A stretch of 64,000 nucleotides of DNA from Pyrodictiaceae archaeon (GTDB lineage Archaea > Thermoproteota > Thermoprotei_A > Sulfolobales > Pyrodictiaceae). The notes beneath the pieces are model-generated. The model had not been told where the DNA came from and made no database searches. It saw only the letters and a list, made by a program, of their open reading frames with translations. Below are positions 49,927 to 59,704 of this stretch, piece after piece. Location of the stretch: the NCBI GenBank assembly GCA_027036135.1, contig JALVSY010000007.1, positions 1,060,880 through 1,124,879 on the forward strand. Reading direction: 5' to 3'. Position 1 is the first letter of the stretch. Each line of letters starts with the position of its first letter. The translations under genes were made by a program, and so were the position numbers.

Positions 49927-50604
49927 ATGGATCTAGCTGCACGCCTCCTACAAATACTCCGCGAGAACAGCCCAGTTTCTAAGGCGAGGCTAGCCAGGCT
50001 TAGCTCTATGAGCCCGCGCAGGCTCGAGAAGTACCTTAACGAGCTACTCATACCCCTGGGCATGGTTGAGGAGAAGAACACGGGCAAGAAGAAAACCTAC
50101 ATAATAACGCCCCTCGGAGTAATGGCCTCGATACTCCTCGGCACCCTCGGCGAACTCTTCGACAAGGAGAGGCATGAGCTAAGGAAAGAGATAGTGAGCA
50201 GGGTAGAGGAGGAACTAAGAGCCCGAGGGCTAAAGACAAGGAACCTTCTCCTAGCACGCTGTAGCCTAGCAACACCAGCGGACTTGCAAGTAACAAGAGA
50301 GGGGCGTAGTGTCCTCCTATACGTTGCTACAAGCGGTGACGAGGCCCTAGTAAAAGCTATCCTAGGCCTAGGGGTAAGTGCTCTCAGTAAGAGGAGGACA
50401 ATCGTGATAGTTGCTACGCCCGAGAAGCCCTGTATAAGCCTTAGTGATAGAGGTAATGAGAGAGTCTACATAATCTACTATGACCCTGGAAGCGTTGAGG
50501 GCGCAGCAAGGGAAATAGCTGAGAGCGTGGAACGAGTCTTAGGAGAGAACCAAATAGCCTACGAGGCGGCGACAACACCTAGTATACGCGTACTCAAGAT
50601 ATAA
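49927..50604 (+). CDS. Winged-HTH transcription regulator with C-terminal alpha/beta domain
   Basis: LLQIL...SKARLARLS...LEKYLNEL...GMVE...YIITPLG; start re-called to ATG 49927 (TTG 49900 possible) because the tracked start at 49798 spans the promoter. Confidence 0.8.
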   Translation: MDLAARLLQILRENSPVSKARLARLSSMSPRRLEKYLNELLIPLGMVEEKNTGKKKTYIITPLGVMASILLGTLGELFDKERHELRKEIVSRVEEELRARGLKTRNLLLARCSLATPADLQVTREGRSVLLYVATSGDEALVKAILGLGVSALSKRRTIVIVATPEKPCISLSDRGNERVYIIYYDPGSVEGAAREIAESVERVLGENQIAYEAATTPSIRVLKI

Positions 50605-50609
50605 TACTA

Positions 50610-51413
50610 TTAGCCTGGCTTGGCTATTAGCCATAGCTTCCGGCCAGCAACCTGGTAGCCTAGCCTCCGGTAAACCCTTATCGCTGGCACGTTACCAGCC
50701 TCTACATGAAGCATCGCGATTGCCCCGCTCTGGACTATGTCCCTACTTATAGCGGATGTTACTGCTCTCGCATAGCCCCTTCCACGGTAAAGTGGCTCGG
50801 TATACACGCCGCCTATGCACCCTATCTCCGGTAGCATGAGGTAGCGACAAGCCATCGAGACTATTCTCCCGTTCTCTATAACTCCGTAGCATCTCTGCTC
50901 CTCTAGCAATGCCTTGGCTTCCTCTTCGCTTATCCTCCTCCCCTGAGCCCTCTGAGCCCTAGTGAAGAGAGTTGCATGTACTGGTCTTAGCCGGGTAACG
51001 CTGCCTAGGAAGAATGGCTGAAACCACTCCTCCCGGAGAACCATGTCGAGATAAATACTCTCCTCGACTACCTTGTAGCCATGCTCCTCGAGGAACTCCT
51101 TGACAAGTTCCGGGCTCGATTTATCCCAATTGTATAGGTGAGCGTAGAGAGTGCCCACGGGTCTTCGCAGCTCTAGCAAGTCTAGTAGCTTCTCCCAGCG
51201 CCCCCATAGATGAATAGCTGTGACATCGTAACCCGTCCAGAGTAATGCGTAGCCAAGAACCTTCGGGCCCTCGTATAACGCTACGAGATCAATGCTATCC
51301 CTCTTGTATACTATGTCATAGACTAGGTAGCAGTGGAACAACGGATTCCTCTGATAAAGTGTGAACAATGAGCGTAACTTATTGTAGTCTAGTTCCTCGA
51401 GACCAAGTATCAA
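50610..51413 (-). CDS. GNAT acetyltransferase (FR47-like)
   Basis: IGGVYTEPLYRGRGYA, NVPAIRVYRRLGY. Confidence 0.9.
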   Translation of the reverse strand: MILGLEELDYNKLRSLFTLYQRNPLFHCYLVYDIVYKRDSIDLVALYEGPKVLGYALLWTGYDVTAIHLWGRWEKLLDLLELRRPVGTLYAHLYNWDKSSPELVKEFLEEHGYKVVEESIYLDMVLREEWFQPFFLGSVTRLRPVHATLFTRAQRAQGRRISEEEAKALLEEQRCYGVIENGRIVSMACRYLMLPEIGCIGGVYTEPLYRGRGYARAVTSAISRDIVQSGAIAMLHVEAGNVPAIRVYRRLGYQVAGRKLWLIAKPG

Positions 51414-51640
51414 CTCCCTTACACCTATAGAGATAGGGAAACCTGCTAAGCGTACAGCCCCAGCTCAATGCTGTTCATGGGCTCGAAGTATCGCTGCAAA
51501 CTTATCCAGGCTAACTCTGTAGCCACGGCTGGTTCTAGGTTCTAACCCGCACAGATACAACAAAGACAATATATACAAGATCTTGAAGAACGCCCTTAAA
51601 GCACCACGTAACTATCTCGGAGGGTCATGGTGCGAGGGCT

Positions 51641-52000
51641 ATGCGAGAGATCTGCGTCTCCGTACCAACAGATGATGGTGAGACGGTAAAGCTTGGACAC
51701 TTCGGGGATGCTAAGTACTATTACCATTATGTTAAAGAGGCTAATGGGAAATGGTCTCTGAGGAGAATCGTTGAGAATCCCTACACGGGGCAGCACGAGC
51801 ACGGAGACGAGGGGGAGTCCACAAAGAGGCCAAGAATATATGAGCTCAATAAAGAGTGTACATGCATAGTTGCTGCAGCGTTTGGGCCCGGAGGCCAGCA
51901 ATTCATGGAGAAGAGAGGCCTCCGGGTAGTAAAGGTAAAGCCGCGGACAACTATAAAGGAAGCACTCCGTATTATCGATGAGCTATGCACCCAAGCCTAG
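51641..52000 (+). CDS. NifB/NifX-family protein
   Basis: GHFGDA, ENP, His-rich loop, FGPG. Confidence 0.85.
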   Translation: MREICVSVPTDDGETVKLGHFGDAKYYYHYVKEANGKWSLRRIVENPYTGQHEHGDEGESTKRPRIYELNKECTCIVAAAFGPGGQQFMEKRGLRVVKVKPRTTIKEALRIIDELCTQA

Positions 52001-52526
52001 AAGTAAGCATAGCTAAGAGACGAGACAATGTCTCCTCCACGTGTTTATCCCCGTTTCTGAGATACCCGGCGAAGGCTTTCTCGAAACCGACCTGCTCATC
52101 AAAGCTACTATACCCCATGCTTGTCAATGCATCCCAGACATTGATGTAGCCAAGCCCCCTTGTCTTTGCAACATGCTCTAGGGCTACCCGGTGCCCATAA
52201 TGCCCATCAACAACGATAACCCTGCTAGCACCGAGGCGTAGAAGCGAGCCAGCAACCCACGCGACAAGGGCGGCATCCAAGTCCTCATCAAGGCTAACAC
52301 TGTAGCGATGCTCGGGGCTAAACGAGTACCCAAGAGGCCACGCGACAAGCCAGCCGCATTGCTTAGCCACTCGGCAAGAGATCTCGAATGCGAGCAGGGT
52401 ATCGAGCACCATTGGCTCCTCGAAATGGTCCTCAAAACTACCAACAGGTAGGAGAACAACTGCTCCCCTAAGCTCTCTATAACCGTATAATAGCTCCCTG
52501 CACCTGCTAAGAGTCTGAGTCGTCAA
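51972..52526 (-). CDS. Creatininase-family protein (short)
   Basis: LPVGSFEDH, LDT, SPEH, DGHYGH. Confidence 0.75.
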   Translation of the reverse strand: MTTQTLSRCRELLYGYRELRGAVVLLPVGSFEDHFEEPMVLDTLLAFEISCRVAKQCGWLVAWPLGYSFSPEHRYSVSLDEDLDAALVAWVAGSLLRLGASRVIVVDGHYGHRVALEHVAKTRGLGYINVWDALTSMGYSSFDEQVGFEKAFAGYLRNGDKHVEETLSRLLAMLTSRLGCIAHR

Positions 52527-52669
52527 AGACGCTCCTTCCTCTTCGAAGCCCTAATAGCTTTTCTCACCTACCCCCGGCCTAGGGAGGTACTACTTATAGG
52601 AGTGTAATTGCCTTATTCCTTCTCTTTACTCGGAGGCACGGCCAGAGAGACCTCCCTAGCACTGCTTGG

Positions 52670-53947
52670 TTGCTGGGGCGCTTCATCGTGAAGTGCAAGA
52701 GCCTGGACGATGTCAAGGAGATGCTCAAGCTAGTGCAGAACGTTGTGAGAGTTGATGAGGACTCTATTCCGTTGTTTAGGCGCGGCGAGCTAGGTGTACT
52801 CGAGGAGTTCAAGGACTGCTTCATAAACGTCGTAGTGGGGGAATACATAGCTGGGGCAGAGGAATGGGTTCATAGAACCCAGGAAGCCGTGGAGACCCTT
52901 GTCGAGAGGCTCGGCTTAACTGGGTTTACTTATCCGAGGGAGTTTCGCAGCTTCGTAGAGAATCCCTGGGCTCATTTACGCAAGAAGATATTCAACTACG
53001 TCTACGACTTGGTTAGGGCAAAGATGGGCTTTGAAGAGTTTGTGCGCAAAGCAGGGGCCGCTCTCCGGACATCGCTGCGCACGAACATGAGGACAGCCTA
53101 CCAGATATGGGGCCTAACACAGATAATGAGCCTCCTCGCCGAGAGGGGGTACCAGCTAGTCTACCCAGAGCATGGCTTCATAAGCTTTGATAGGAGCGGG
53201 AAACAGAAACTAGGCATAATCCCGCCGAACGCTGTGCTGGGCAGAATAGAGGAGGGATTCATAAGCCTATTCCACGAGGCACCACGGCCCCTTGGCTGGG
53301 AAGACACAAGGGACCTCCAGCGAGTATGGAGTCTCTACACGGCTCTCCGCCCAGACGCGATGATTTATAGCGGCATGGTGCTAAACATAGTTGATCTCTC
53401 GAACTCGCCTCCAATAAAGAGGCCCACGATAATACTTGAGTTCAAGGAGCTAGAGGACTGGTACAACCGGGTCCGGGATCTCAAGGGCTACTTCCGCAAA
53501 CCCCTTACAGCCGAGGAGTGGAGAAGCATGTGGCTAGAAGGACTCTTCGAGGGCCTAGCAGACATAATGGGGGTTAAGAGGAGCGAGGTAAGGAAACGTG
53601 TAGAGGAGTCGCGCTCCCTACGGGTACGTGAGTACCAGCTAGTCAAGCTCTATAAGAACGTGTATAAGCCGGACAAAATGATACTCATAACGCGGGCCAA
53701 GACACCGAGCGAGATAAGAGAGGAGTTAGAACATGAGGACATAATCGTGTACGACGATATAGGATTCGAGCCAGGGAGGCTAGAACCAGTAGCCGACGAG
53801 ATAAGGAAGAGAGCATCATTCAACGGCGCAAAATACGTGCCCCTAAGACTAAGCACTGAGACGATAAGACTAGTACTAAGCGCTGCTAGAAGACTCGGTG
53901 CAAAAAACATAGAGGAGGCTCTTAGGCTCCTCGCTAGCCGTATCTAG
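52670..53947 (+). CDS. Hypothetical PD-(D/E)xK nuclease-like protein
   Basis: YQIW, LRPD...ILEFKE, YQLVKLY; RHH-like C-terminus. Confidence 0.6.
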   Translation: MLGRFIVKCKSLDDVKEMLKLVQNVVRVDEDSIPLFRRGELGVLEEFKDCFINVVVGEYIAGAEEWVHRTQEAVETLVERLGLTGFTYPREFRSFVENPWAHLRKKIFNYVYDLVRAKMGFEEFVRKAGAALRTSLRTNMRTAYQIWGLTQIMSLLAERGYQLVYPEHGFISFDRSGKQKLGIIPPNAVLGRIEEGFISLFHEAPRPLGWEDTRDLQRVWSLYTALRPDAMIYSGMVLNIVDLSNSPPIKRPTIILEFKELEDWYNRVRDLKGYFRKPLTAEEWRSMWLEGLFEGLADIMGVKRSEVRKRVEESRSLRVREYQLVKLYKNVYKPDKMILITRAKTPSEIREELEHEDIIVYDDIGFEPGRLEPVADEIRKRASFNGAKYVPLRLSTETIRLVLSAARRLGAKNIEEALRLLASRI

Positions 53948-54387
53948 GCGCTCTTCTCTCCCTGCTCCATGCACGCGCCGAGACGGGCTGCTAAGTGCAG
54001 CATTATGCCTAGGCCCTTTGCGACCCGCGGGTCACTCAGCGCCTTAATCAAGCTAAATACGCCCTTGACTGGCTTGGCTTTCTGCATCTCCTCCGGGTCG
54101 AGAGCGCCTACTAGGCAGCTAGTCATCTTCTCTATAGCTAACTTATACTTCCATGGATCAGCATCTTTTAGCCCGTTTAGCGTCGCCTCTAGCATTGCTA
54201 GTGCATGGTATATTCTCTGGTCGCTACCAGTGTAGAGCAGGAGCTCCTCGTACTTCTCGGCCATGGTCTCTAGTAGGTCTAGGAGCCCGCTCTCCTTGAG
54301 CTTCGCGGCTACCTTCATGAGGCTGGTTAGTGCCTCAGCAGTCTTCTCGTCCAAGAGTACTTCCTCCTTTATTTTCTCCTGCGCCAC
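53944..54387 (-). CDS. DUF1641 protein
   Basis: KLKESGLLD, KPVKGVFSLIKALSDPRVAKGLG; typically paired with SQR-like genes. Confidence 0.85.
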   Translation of the reverse strand: MAQEKIKEEVLLDEKTAEALTSLMKVAAKLKESGLLDLLETMAEKYEELLLYTGSDQRIYHALAMLEATLNGLKDADPWKYKLAIEKMTSCLVGALDPEEMQKAKPVKGVFSLIKALSDPRVAKGLGIMLHLAARLGACMEQGEKSA

Positions 54388-54410
54388 GTCTCATACACCT
54401 CCATTCATGT

Positions 54411-55586
54411 TTACTTCTTGAGTGCCTTGATCCAGCCTGCGTAGAAACTGTACTTGAGGAGCTTTATCATTGGATGCGTTAGTCCTATGTAGGGCTTTGT
54501 CTGCGCTATACCACCAGGCGCCTCTTTGGTATCGAAGACTACTAGTACTCCTGTCTTGGCGAAGTCCAGTACAATCGTTATTGTATCGGGGAATAGTATG
54601 GGGCCTGCGGCGCCCTTTAACTCGTTGAGAACAGTGTCGGCGGCAGCTATGGCGGCGTAGTGGACGGGCACGCCAGCAAATGGTAGGTTGACGCTAGGCA
54701 TTGCTCCATCGGTTGGTATGAAGACGTCATCATATTTCCTGCTACGGAAGGTCGGAAACGTCGTCTCGAGGAACCTCGGGTCCTTCTTGAAGACAAAGTC
54801 GCTGTCCTCTAGGAACCTTGGAACCCTGCACGGAGGCGCTGTTATCAATAGATTGTACTTCATTGTCTCCCCGTTCTTGAAGTATATTGTCTTCGTGGCC
54901 GGGTCAACTCTCTCGAGCTGCTTGCCCATCACGTATTCTATGTTACCTATCTCCTGGTGTATCTGGTGCCAGTGGACAGCGAGATCGAATAGGTGGCTAA
55001 GAGCCATATCCATTGGGACAACGTGGACAAGCTTAACTCTGGCCTCAACTCCTCTCCTCTTCGCGTGATACACTATCCTGCCGAGAACCTCGAAGGGGTA
55101 GCCGGGGCATCTGTGCGGGAACTCCGGCACTAGGACAATCACATCCCCGCCTCGGAACTCTCCGAGAGCCTTCCTAAGCTCAAGTGCGCCTTCAAGTGTG
55201 TAGTTGTGGTAGCTTGCCTCCTTTAGTCCTGGGTAGTCCTCCCAGCCATAGCGTGTCCCAACGCATAGGAATAGGTAGTCATATTCGAACTTCTTACCAG
55301 ACTTTGTCTCAACAACACGGTTAGCTGGATCAACTCTAGTGACTTCGTCTAGGTAGAGTTTTGCCCCATACTCTTCGGTGAAGTTCCTAACGGGTGCCCT
55401 CACGTCATCTGGCTCTGCTTCCCCGAAGGCAACGTCGGGGAAGAATGCTGGGAAGTAATGGTACTCGTCATTAGTTATCACTATTTTCTCAACATCTATT
55501 CCCGCCTTCTTAGCCTCCTCGGCTATTCTCCTAAGAGAGACTAGTGTACAGGCACCACTACCTATGAATACTATTCTCTTGGCCAT
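54411..55586 (-). CDS. Sulfide:quinone oxidoreductase-like flavoprotein
   Basis: N-terminal FAD fold, YDYL, HRCPGYPFE; precedes DUF1641. Confidence 0.8.
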   Translation of the reverse strand: MAKRIVFIGSGACTLVSLRRIAEEAKKAGIDVEKIVITNDEYHYFPAFFPDVAFGEAEPDDVRAPVRNFTEEYGAKLYLDEVTRVDPANRVVETKSGKKFEYDYLFLCVGTRYGWEDYPGLKEASYHNYTLEGALELRKALGEFRGGDVIVLVPEFPHRCPGYPFEVLGRIVYHAKRRGVEARVKLVHVVPMDMALSHLFDLAVHWHQIHQEIGNIEYVMGKQLERVDPATKTIYFKNGETMKYNLLITAPPCRVPRFLEDSDFVFKKDPRFLETTFPTFRSRKYDDVFIPTDGAMPSVNLPFAGVPVHYAAIAAADTVLNELKGAAGPILFPDTITIVLDFAKTGVLVVFDTKEAPGGIAQTKPYIGLTHPMIKLLKYSFYAGWIKALKK

Positions 55587-55832
55587 ACTCTACACCTATG
55601 TTGTTCTGCTAACCTCTCAGTTAGTCATTAATGTGTGAATGAAATTAAAATAGTTTAGCTCGCTACTATCCACGTACACAATATAATTATGCATAAGGAT
55701 ACTAATAAATATAGAATTAAATAATTGAATAAAATCATATTAATCATGATAACAAAGAGCCCCAGTAACAACACAGATTACCAACAATCCAAAGACCAAG
55801 AAAAGAAGAGTAGCTGTTTCCTCCTAGGCCAT

Positions 55833-55903
55833 AGCGTCAGCCGCAGGGAAGAACATCGGGCATCCCTGCACTACTGGTCCCCCGATGCAGGCCTCATCAT
55901 CCA
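55833..55903 (-). ncRNA. Candidate C/D-box sRNA
   Basis: ATGATGA (55900-55894) ... CTGA (55840-55837); internal GCATCGGG/CCCGATGT stem; GC-rich island in an AT-rich spacer. Confidence 0.5.
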
Positions 55904-55970
55904 ATTAGTACTCCACTGTCAAGATTAGTGATAGTGACAAGGTACTAGTAAGTGGCCCGGGGCCTCCCAG

Positions 55971-56385
55971 ATGCCTATTAATAAGGATCTCCTAAGGAGG
56001 CAAATTAGCAATATTCGCGAGGCCCTAGCTAACGCCAAGGGTCTAGTAGAAACCTTCGGGGAGCTAGGTGTCTATGAAAGGCTTGCTCTCCGCTACCTCA
56101 TTGTAGAACTTGTTGAGGCAAGTGCCTCCGCTTGTATACACGTCTTACGAGAACTCTACGGCGTCTTTGTTGAAAGCTATCCCGAGTGTTTTTAGGAAGC
56201 TAGGCGAACTAGGCCTTCTACCCAAGAGGTTGGCTGAGAATCTGGTATCTGTTGCGCGTCTCCGTAACCTAATCGTTCATAGATACCGGGTAATAGATGA
56301 TGAGGAACTCTACTACCTAGCTAAGGACAGGTTAAAAGTGTTTGAAGAGTATGCAGGGATGCTTGAGAAGCTCCTAGAGAAATGA
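55971..56385 (+). pseudogene. HepT/DUF86 HEPN toxin, frameshifted
   Basis: ESYPECF then an extra T in the T5 run at 56189-56193; second frame carries RNLIVHRY. Confidence 0.85.
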
Positions 56386-56873
56386 AGCTCGAGAAACCAC
56401 TACATAGGCTAAATAGTGAGGAGAAAGAGGAAATAATCAGGAGGATAAGGAAAACGCTGGAGAAGAAAAGCGAGGTCTGCTTCACCTACCTCTTCGGCAG
56501 CTTCGCCAAGCATAACTTGGTAAGGGGCATCGATGTAGCTATCTGGGTTAAGAGAGGTATTGAGCCCTTAGAGGAAGCGATTAAGCTCTCCGAGGATCTG
56601 GAGAGGGAGACCAGGCTCCCCGTAGACATAGTAGTCCTCAATGATGCCCCAGTAACGCTCCGCTACAACGTGTTCAGAGAGGGAAAGCTCATACTGCTGA
56701 GAGACGAGTGCAGAAACACCCACGACCAAGCATTGATAATGGCTATTCTGGAGTACGCCGATCTAAGAGAAAAGTACCGAGTCTTATCCAGGCCTGTGAA
56801 AAAGACACGGCTAAGGCTTATTCTCGGCGATGCTTTTGGTTCTCGTAGTAGAACGCAACCAAGTACATCATAA
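56382..56873 (+). CDS. MntA-type nucleotidyltransferase antitoxin (first catalytic Asp lost)
   Basis: LFGSFA...RGIDVA (family has DxD), VDIVVLNDAP. Confidence 0.8.
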   Translation: MKLEKPLHRLNSEEKEEIIRRIRKTLEKKSEVCFTYLFGSFAKHNLVRGIDVAIWVKRGIEPLEEAIKLSEDLERETRLPVDIVVLNDAPVTLRYNVFREGKLILLRDECRNTHDQALIMAILEYADLREKYRVLSRPVKKTRLRLILGDAFGSRSRTQPSTS

Positions 56874-57237
56874 GCCCAGCGTAGTCCCCTAGCTTGCTGA
56901 GGACCCTAGCGACTTCGCTGCTGCCTAGCTCACGGCCCATTATTGCTGAGAGACCGCGCCTCACAGCGAGATCAGAGGAGGGACCTAAAGGGAACAATGG
57001 ATGCACCATGGCGACAGCGAGCCCAGCTGACCACGGGCCTATGCCGTAGAGCCTCTGTAGCTCCTGAGCAGCCTCCCACGGCTCCTCAACAGCCCCCTCC
57101 ACGTTAGGCAACCTGTTCTCAAGCTCAGCTTGCGCTACCTCATGTAGCGCCCTGGCCTTGAGCCTCGTAAGCCCCAGCGAACGGAGTTCATCCAGCGATG
57201 CACCAGCTAGACTAGCTGGCTCTGACCATAGTAACAC
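56818..57237 (-). pseudogene. AlkA/HhH-GPD DNA glycosylase C-terminal fragment
   Basis: LRSLGLTRLKA, LYGIGPWSA, DLAVRR; N-terminal half missing. Confidence 0.7.
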
Positions 57238-57429
57238 TAAAAACCAGTTTAGCTACAACACAGCAAAAGAAAACAATAGCTAGCAAAAAGCGATAACAAA
57301 ACAATTCAAGCAATGAAAACAGAATACATCTCTTCACAGAACCAAAACATGTAAGAGACGAAAGATAGTATCATTCGACAACTATTCTTAGGTTTTCAGT
57401 TTCTAATAAATCCTAACAAGGCACAAGTG

Positions 57430-57486
57430 TAGAGCGCCAGCCTTCGGAGCCGGAGGTCCCGGGTTCAAATCCCAGTGGGCCTGTCA
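57430..57486 (+). pseudogene. Degenerate 3' portion of tRNA-Arg(TCG), probable att-site relic
   Basis: AGAGCG-CCAGC-CTTCGGA-GCCGG-AGGTC-CCGGG-TTCAAAT-CCCAG-TGGGCCTG; no 5' acceptor strand or D-loop; stem mismatches. Confidence 0.8.
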
Positions 57487-57585
57487 TTCGGGTGATTTTC
57501 TGTAAAATCTTTCTCCTTTTAGAAAAATAGCAGTGCAGCTTCGGGTTTGGGTAAGGCTATGTTTATCTCTTTCAACGAGGAATAA

Positions 57586-58039
57586 TCATGTACGATAATC
57601 CTTAGGGCTAGGGGTTACTTTGAGCCATGGAACATGCTTAAAATCTTCATCAAAAGTGGCTATGTTTTCTATATTATAGGCTCTACATGTAGCTACTATC
57701 AAGGCATCGTTAGGTAATAGCTTGTACTTAGTCATGTATTCCACTAGGTCATTAATACCTATATTGGTCGGTAAATGCTCGAAAATCCATGAATAGTGTA
57801 TATATGTCTTGTTCTAGCAGCTCTTTAACTCTACTCATGTATTTGACTACATATTTTCTGAGCTTATATCTAGGGACATTGAGGGCTAATCTTAGATACT
57901 CGTAAACAACCTCGCTAACCACAATACCGTTTACATATCCTTTCCATTCACCATGCTCAACTTTATCAATGAGCTTCTTAGCATCTTCAATTCCTGCAAG
58001 ATATTTAAGGAAAACATTGGAGTCAAAGAACACCCTCAT
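57586..58039 (-). pseudogene. VapC PIN toxin, frameshifted
   Basis: MRVFFDSNV...VVSE; extra base in the A4 run at 57782-57785; other frame gives YKLLPNDALIVATC...IATFDEDF. Confidence 0.88.
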
Positions 58040-58232
58040 CCCCGATCTCCTCGATAATCCTATCGACATCCTCGGGCCTTAGTCCAGGCCTCCTGCGAAG
58101 GAGCACTCCGAATACCTTGGAGGGCTTTCTGCGGATAACAACCTCGACTTCTTCACCCTCTTCGAGTTCTAGCTTCTCAAGAGGCTTAAGAACACCTTTT
58201 TCACACCTTACGCGTATAACTTTGGACAACAA
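58023..58232 (-). CDS. AF2212/DUF104-type antitoxin
   Basis: KVIRVRCEKGVLKPLEKLELEEGEEV; overlaps the vapC start. Confidence 0.85.
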   Translation of the reverse strand: MLSKVIRVRCEKGVLKPLEKLELEEGEEVEVVIRRKPSKVFGVLLRRRPGLRPEDVDRIIEEIGDEGVL

Positions 58233-58339
58233 GGATCTCCGCGAGAATATAGACGGGCTTGGAGCCTCTAAGCCTTTACCTCTAGTGATGCGCTATTTTC
58301 AATAAAGCGGTCCCTTACCGGGTTTATAACGCGTAAATG

Positions 58340-58620
58340 GATGTCGTATACTATCGCGATACGTTTATCTTAACAAAGAGGCTATATGGCTGCACTCGCT
58401 ATGTATGGCTATATGTTGTTGGCCTATGGCTTAACTATGAAACTTCAGCATCTTTCATCAATATTACTTTCACGATTGCTTATCATATTTTGATTAATTC
58501 CTTGTCGCTATTGCCCCGAGTACTCAAGTCTTGTAAACGAGCAATATCCATGCCGTATCGTCTCAAGAAGGTTACTAGCTTTTTAGGTATGTTTTCATCA
58601 GCTAGGAATCTCAGCAGTAG
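58340..58620 (-). pseudogene. DUF5615 PIN-like toxin relic
   Basis: LRFLADENIPKKLV...GNSDKELI then TGA at 58485-58483 and broken frames; 3' boundary approximate. Confidence 0.7.
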
Positions 58621-58849
58621 CTATAACCCTCTTTAGCGTCCTAAATGCAAACCTCAGGGTCTCATATACAGCTTCCAATGGTATATCGAGTTCCTCAGCA
58701 ACCTCCTCGGGCTCCCAGCCAGCAGCAAGCATGTCCAGAATATCATCAACAGTTACCCTCGTACCCTTCACAGCAAGTCTACTACCGCGCCTACCAGGCA
58801 CTATCTCAAGCCACTTATAACCAGGCAAGAGAACCACATCAACCACCAC
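58598..58849 (-). CDS. DUF433 antitoxin
   Basis: PGRRG...KGTRVTVDDILDMLAAG...EEVAEEL. Confidence 0.88.
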   Translation of the reverse strand: MVVDVVLLPGYKWLEIVPGRRGSRLAVKGTRVTVDDILDMLAAGWEPEEVAEELDIPLEAVYETLRFAFRTLKRVIATAEIPS

Positions 58850-59095
58850 TAAGCAATACTATTAAGATACAATGCTTTTATACTCTCAGCTCGAAGTCAG
58901 AGCCCAGTCCTATAGTACGAGGATGTATGTTCTTGACTATTATGTAGCCCTTACATACGGAGGGAGCAGAGAAAGCATAAGCGAATTAACAGGGCTTAAG
59001 GATGCTATCCGGTTTCTATCACTCTATTATTGTTGATTACCGAGCTTTTAAGAGGGTGCCTTAACGTCCTGGAGTCTTCTTTGTCTTCTGATTGA

Positions 59096-59330
59096 CTACA
59101 GGTATTTGTGTAGTTTTGATGTGTGGTAGGCTGTTATCACTATGACTGTATCGGCTTCTAGCTTGTAGACGACTATTAGGGCTTTATCGTTTAGCTTCTT
59201 TACGCACTTAGACTCATTGTTCTCGATAATCTTGTCTGGGTTGTTTAGGCAGGCCTCGATCTCTTCTCGGCTTATGCCTCGTTGCCTCATACGTTCTAGT
59301 GCGTGGAGTGTGTAGCGTATCTCCGAGCAT
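59096..59330 (-). pseudogene. DUF4258 (RelE-like) toxin with 5' frameshift
   Basis: EIRYTLHALERMRQRGI...VITAY is out of frame with the ATG at 59330. Confidence 0.65.
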
Positions 59331-59649
59331 TAGCCACCAGGACCTCAGGGCCCTCGATGACCAGCTTCTTCAAGTCTATATCCTTGCGGGAGAACCTTAG
59401 CACCTCTATCCCAACAATCTCCCCCTTATCATTAAAATCTACTATTATCCCTGGAGCAACCTCATCGGAGTCCACGACCTCATCGTCCCTCAGCCTGATG
59501 TATAATGCATCAGCAACCTTGTCGTAACTAACCCTAATCTCCGCAAAGACCCACCCAAAACTAGGAGCTATACATGGTGGCAAATAAGGGTAATGAACAA
59601 CCCTATTGATAGGGGTTAGCGCATTCTGAATCTGTACCGCTTTTATCAA
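59296..59649 (-). CDS. DUF2283 antitoxin
   Basis: YDKVADALYIRL...GIIVDF...GEIVGIEV; the true start is probably near 59545. Confidence 0.8.
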   Translation of the reverse strand: MIKAVQIQNALTPINRVVHYPYLPPCIAPSFGWVFAEIRVSYDKVADALYIRLRDDEVVDSDEVAPGIIVDFNDKGEIVGIEVLRFSRKDIDLKKLVIEGPEVLVANARRYATHSTH

Positions 59650-59704
59650 CGATATGCCTCCTAATTAGGAGCCAGCGTGGGATGAGCCTTGTTAGGCCCT
59701 GGCT

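Noticed and set aside
51464-51580. Short peptide GLEPRTSRGYRVSLDKF resembling an integrase N-terminus
   Set aside because: Only ~37 codons and no catalytic domain nearby
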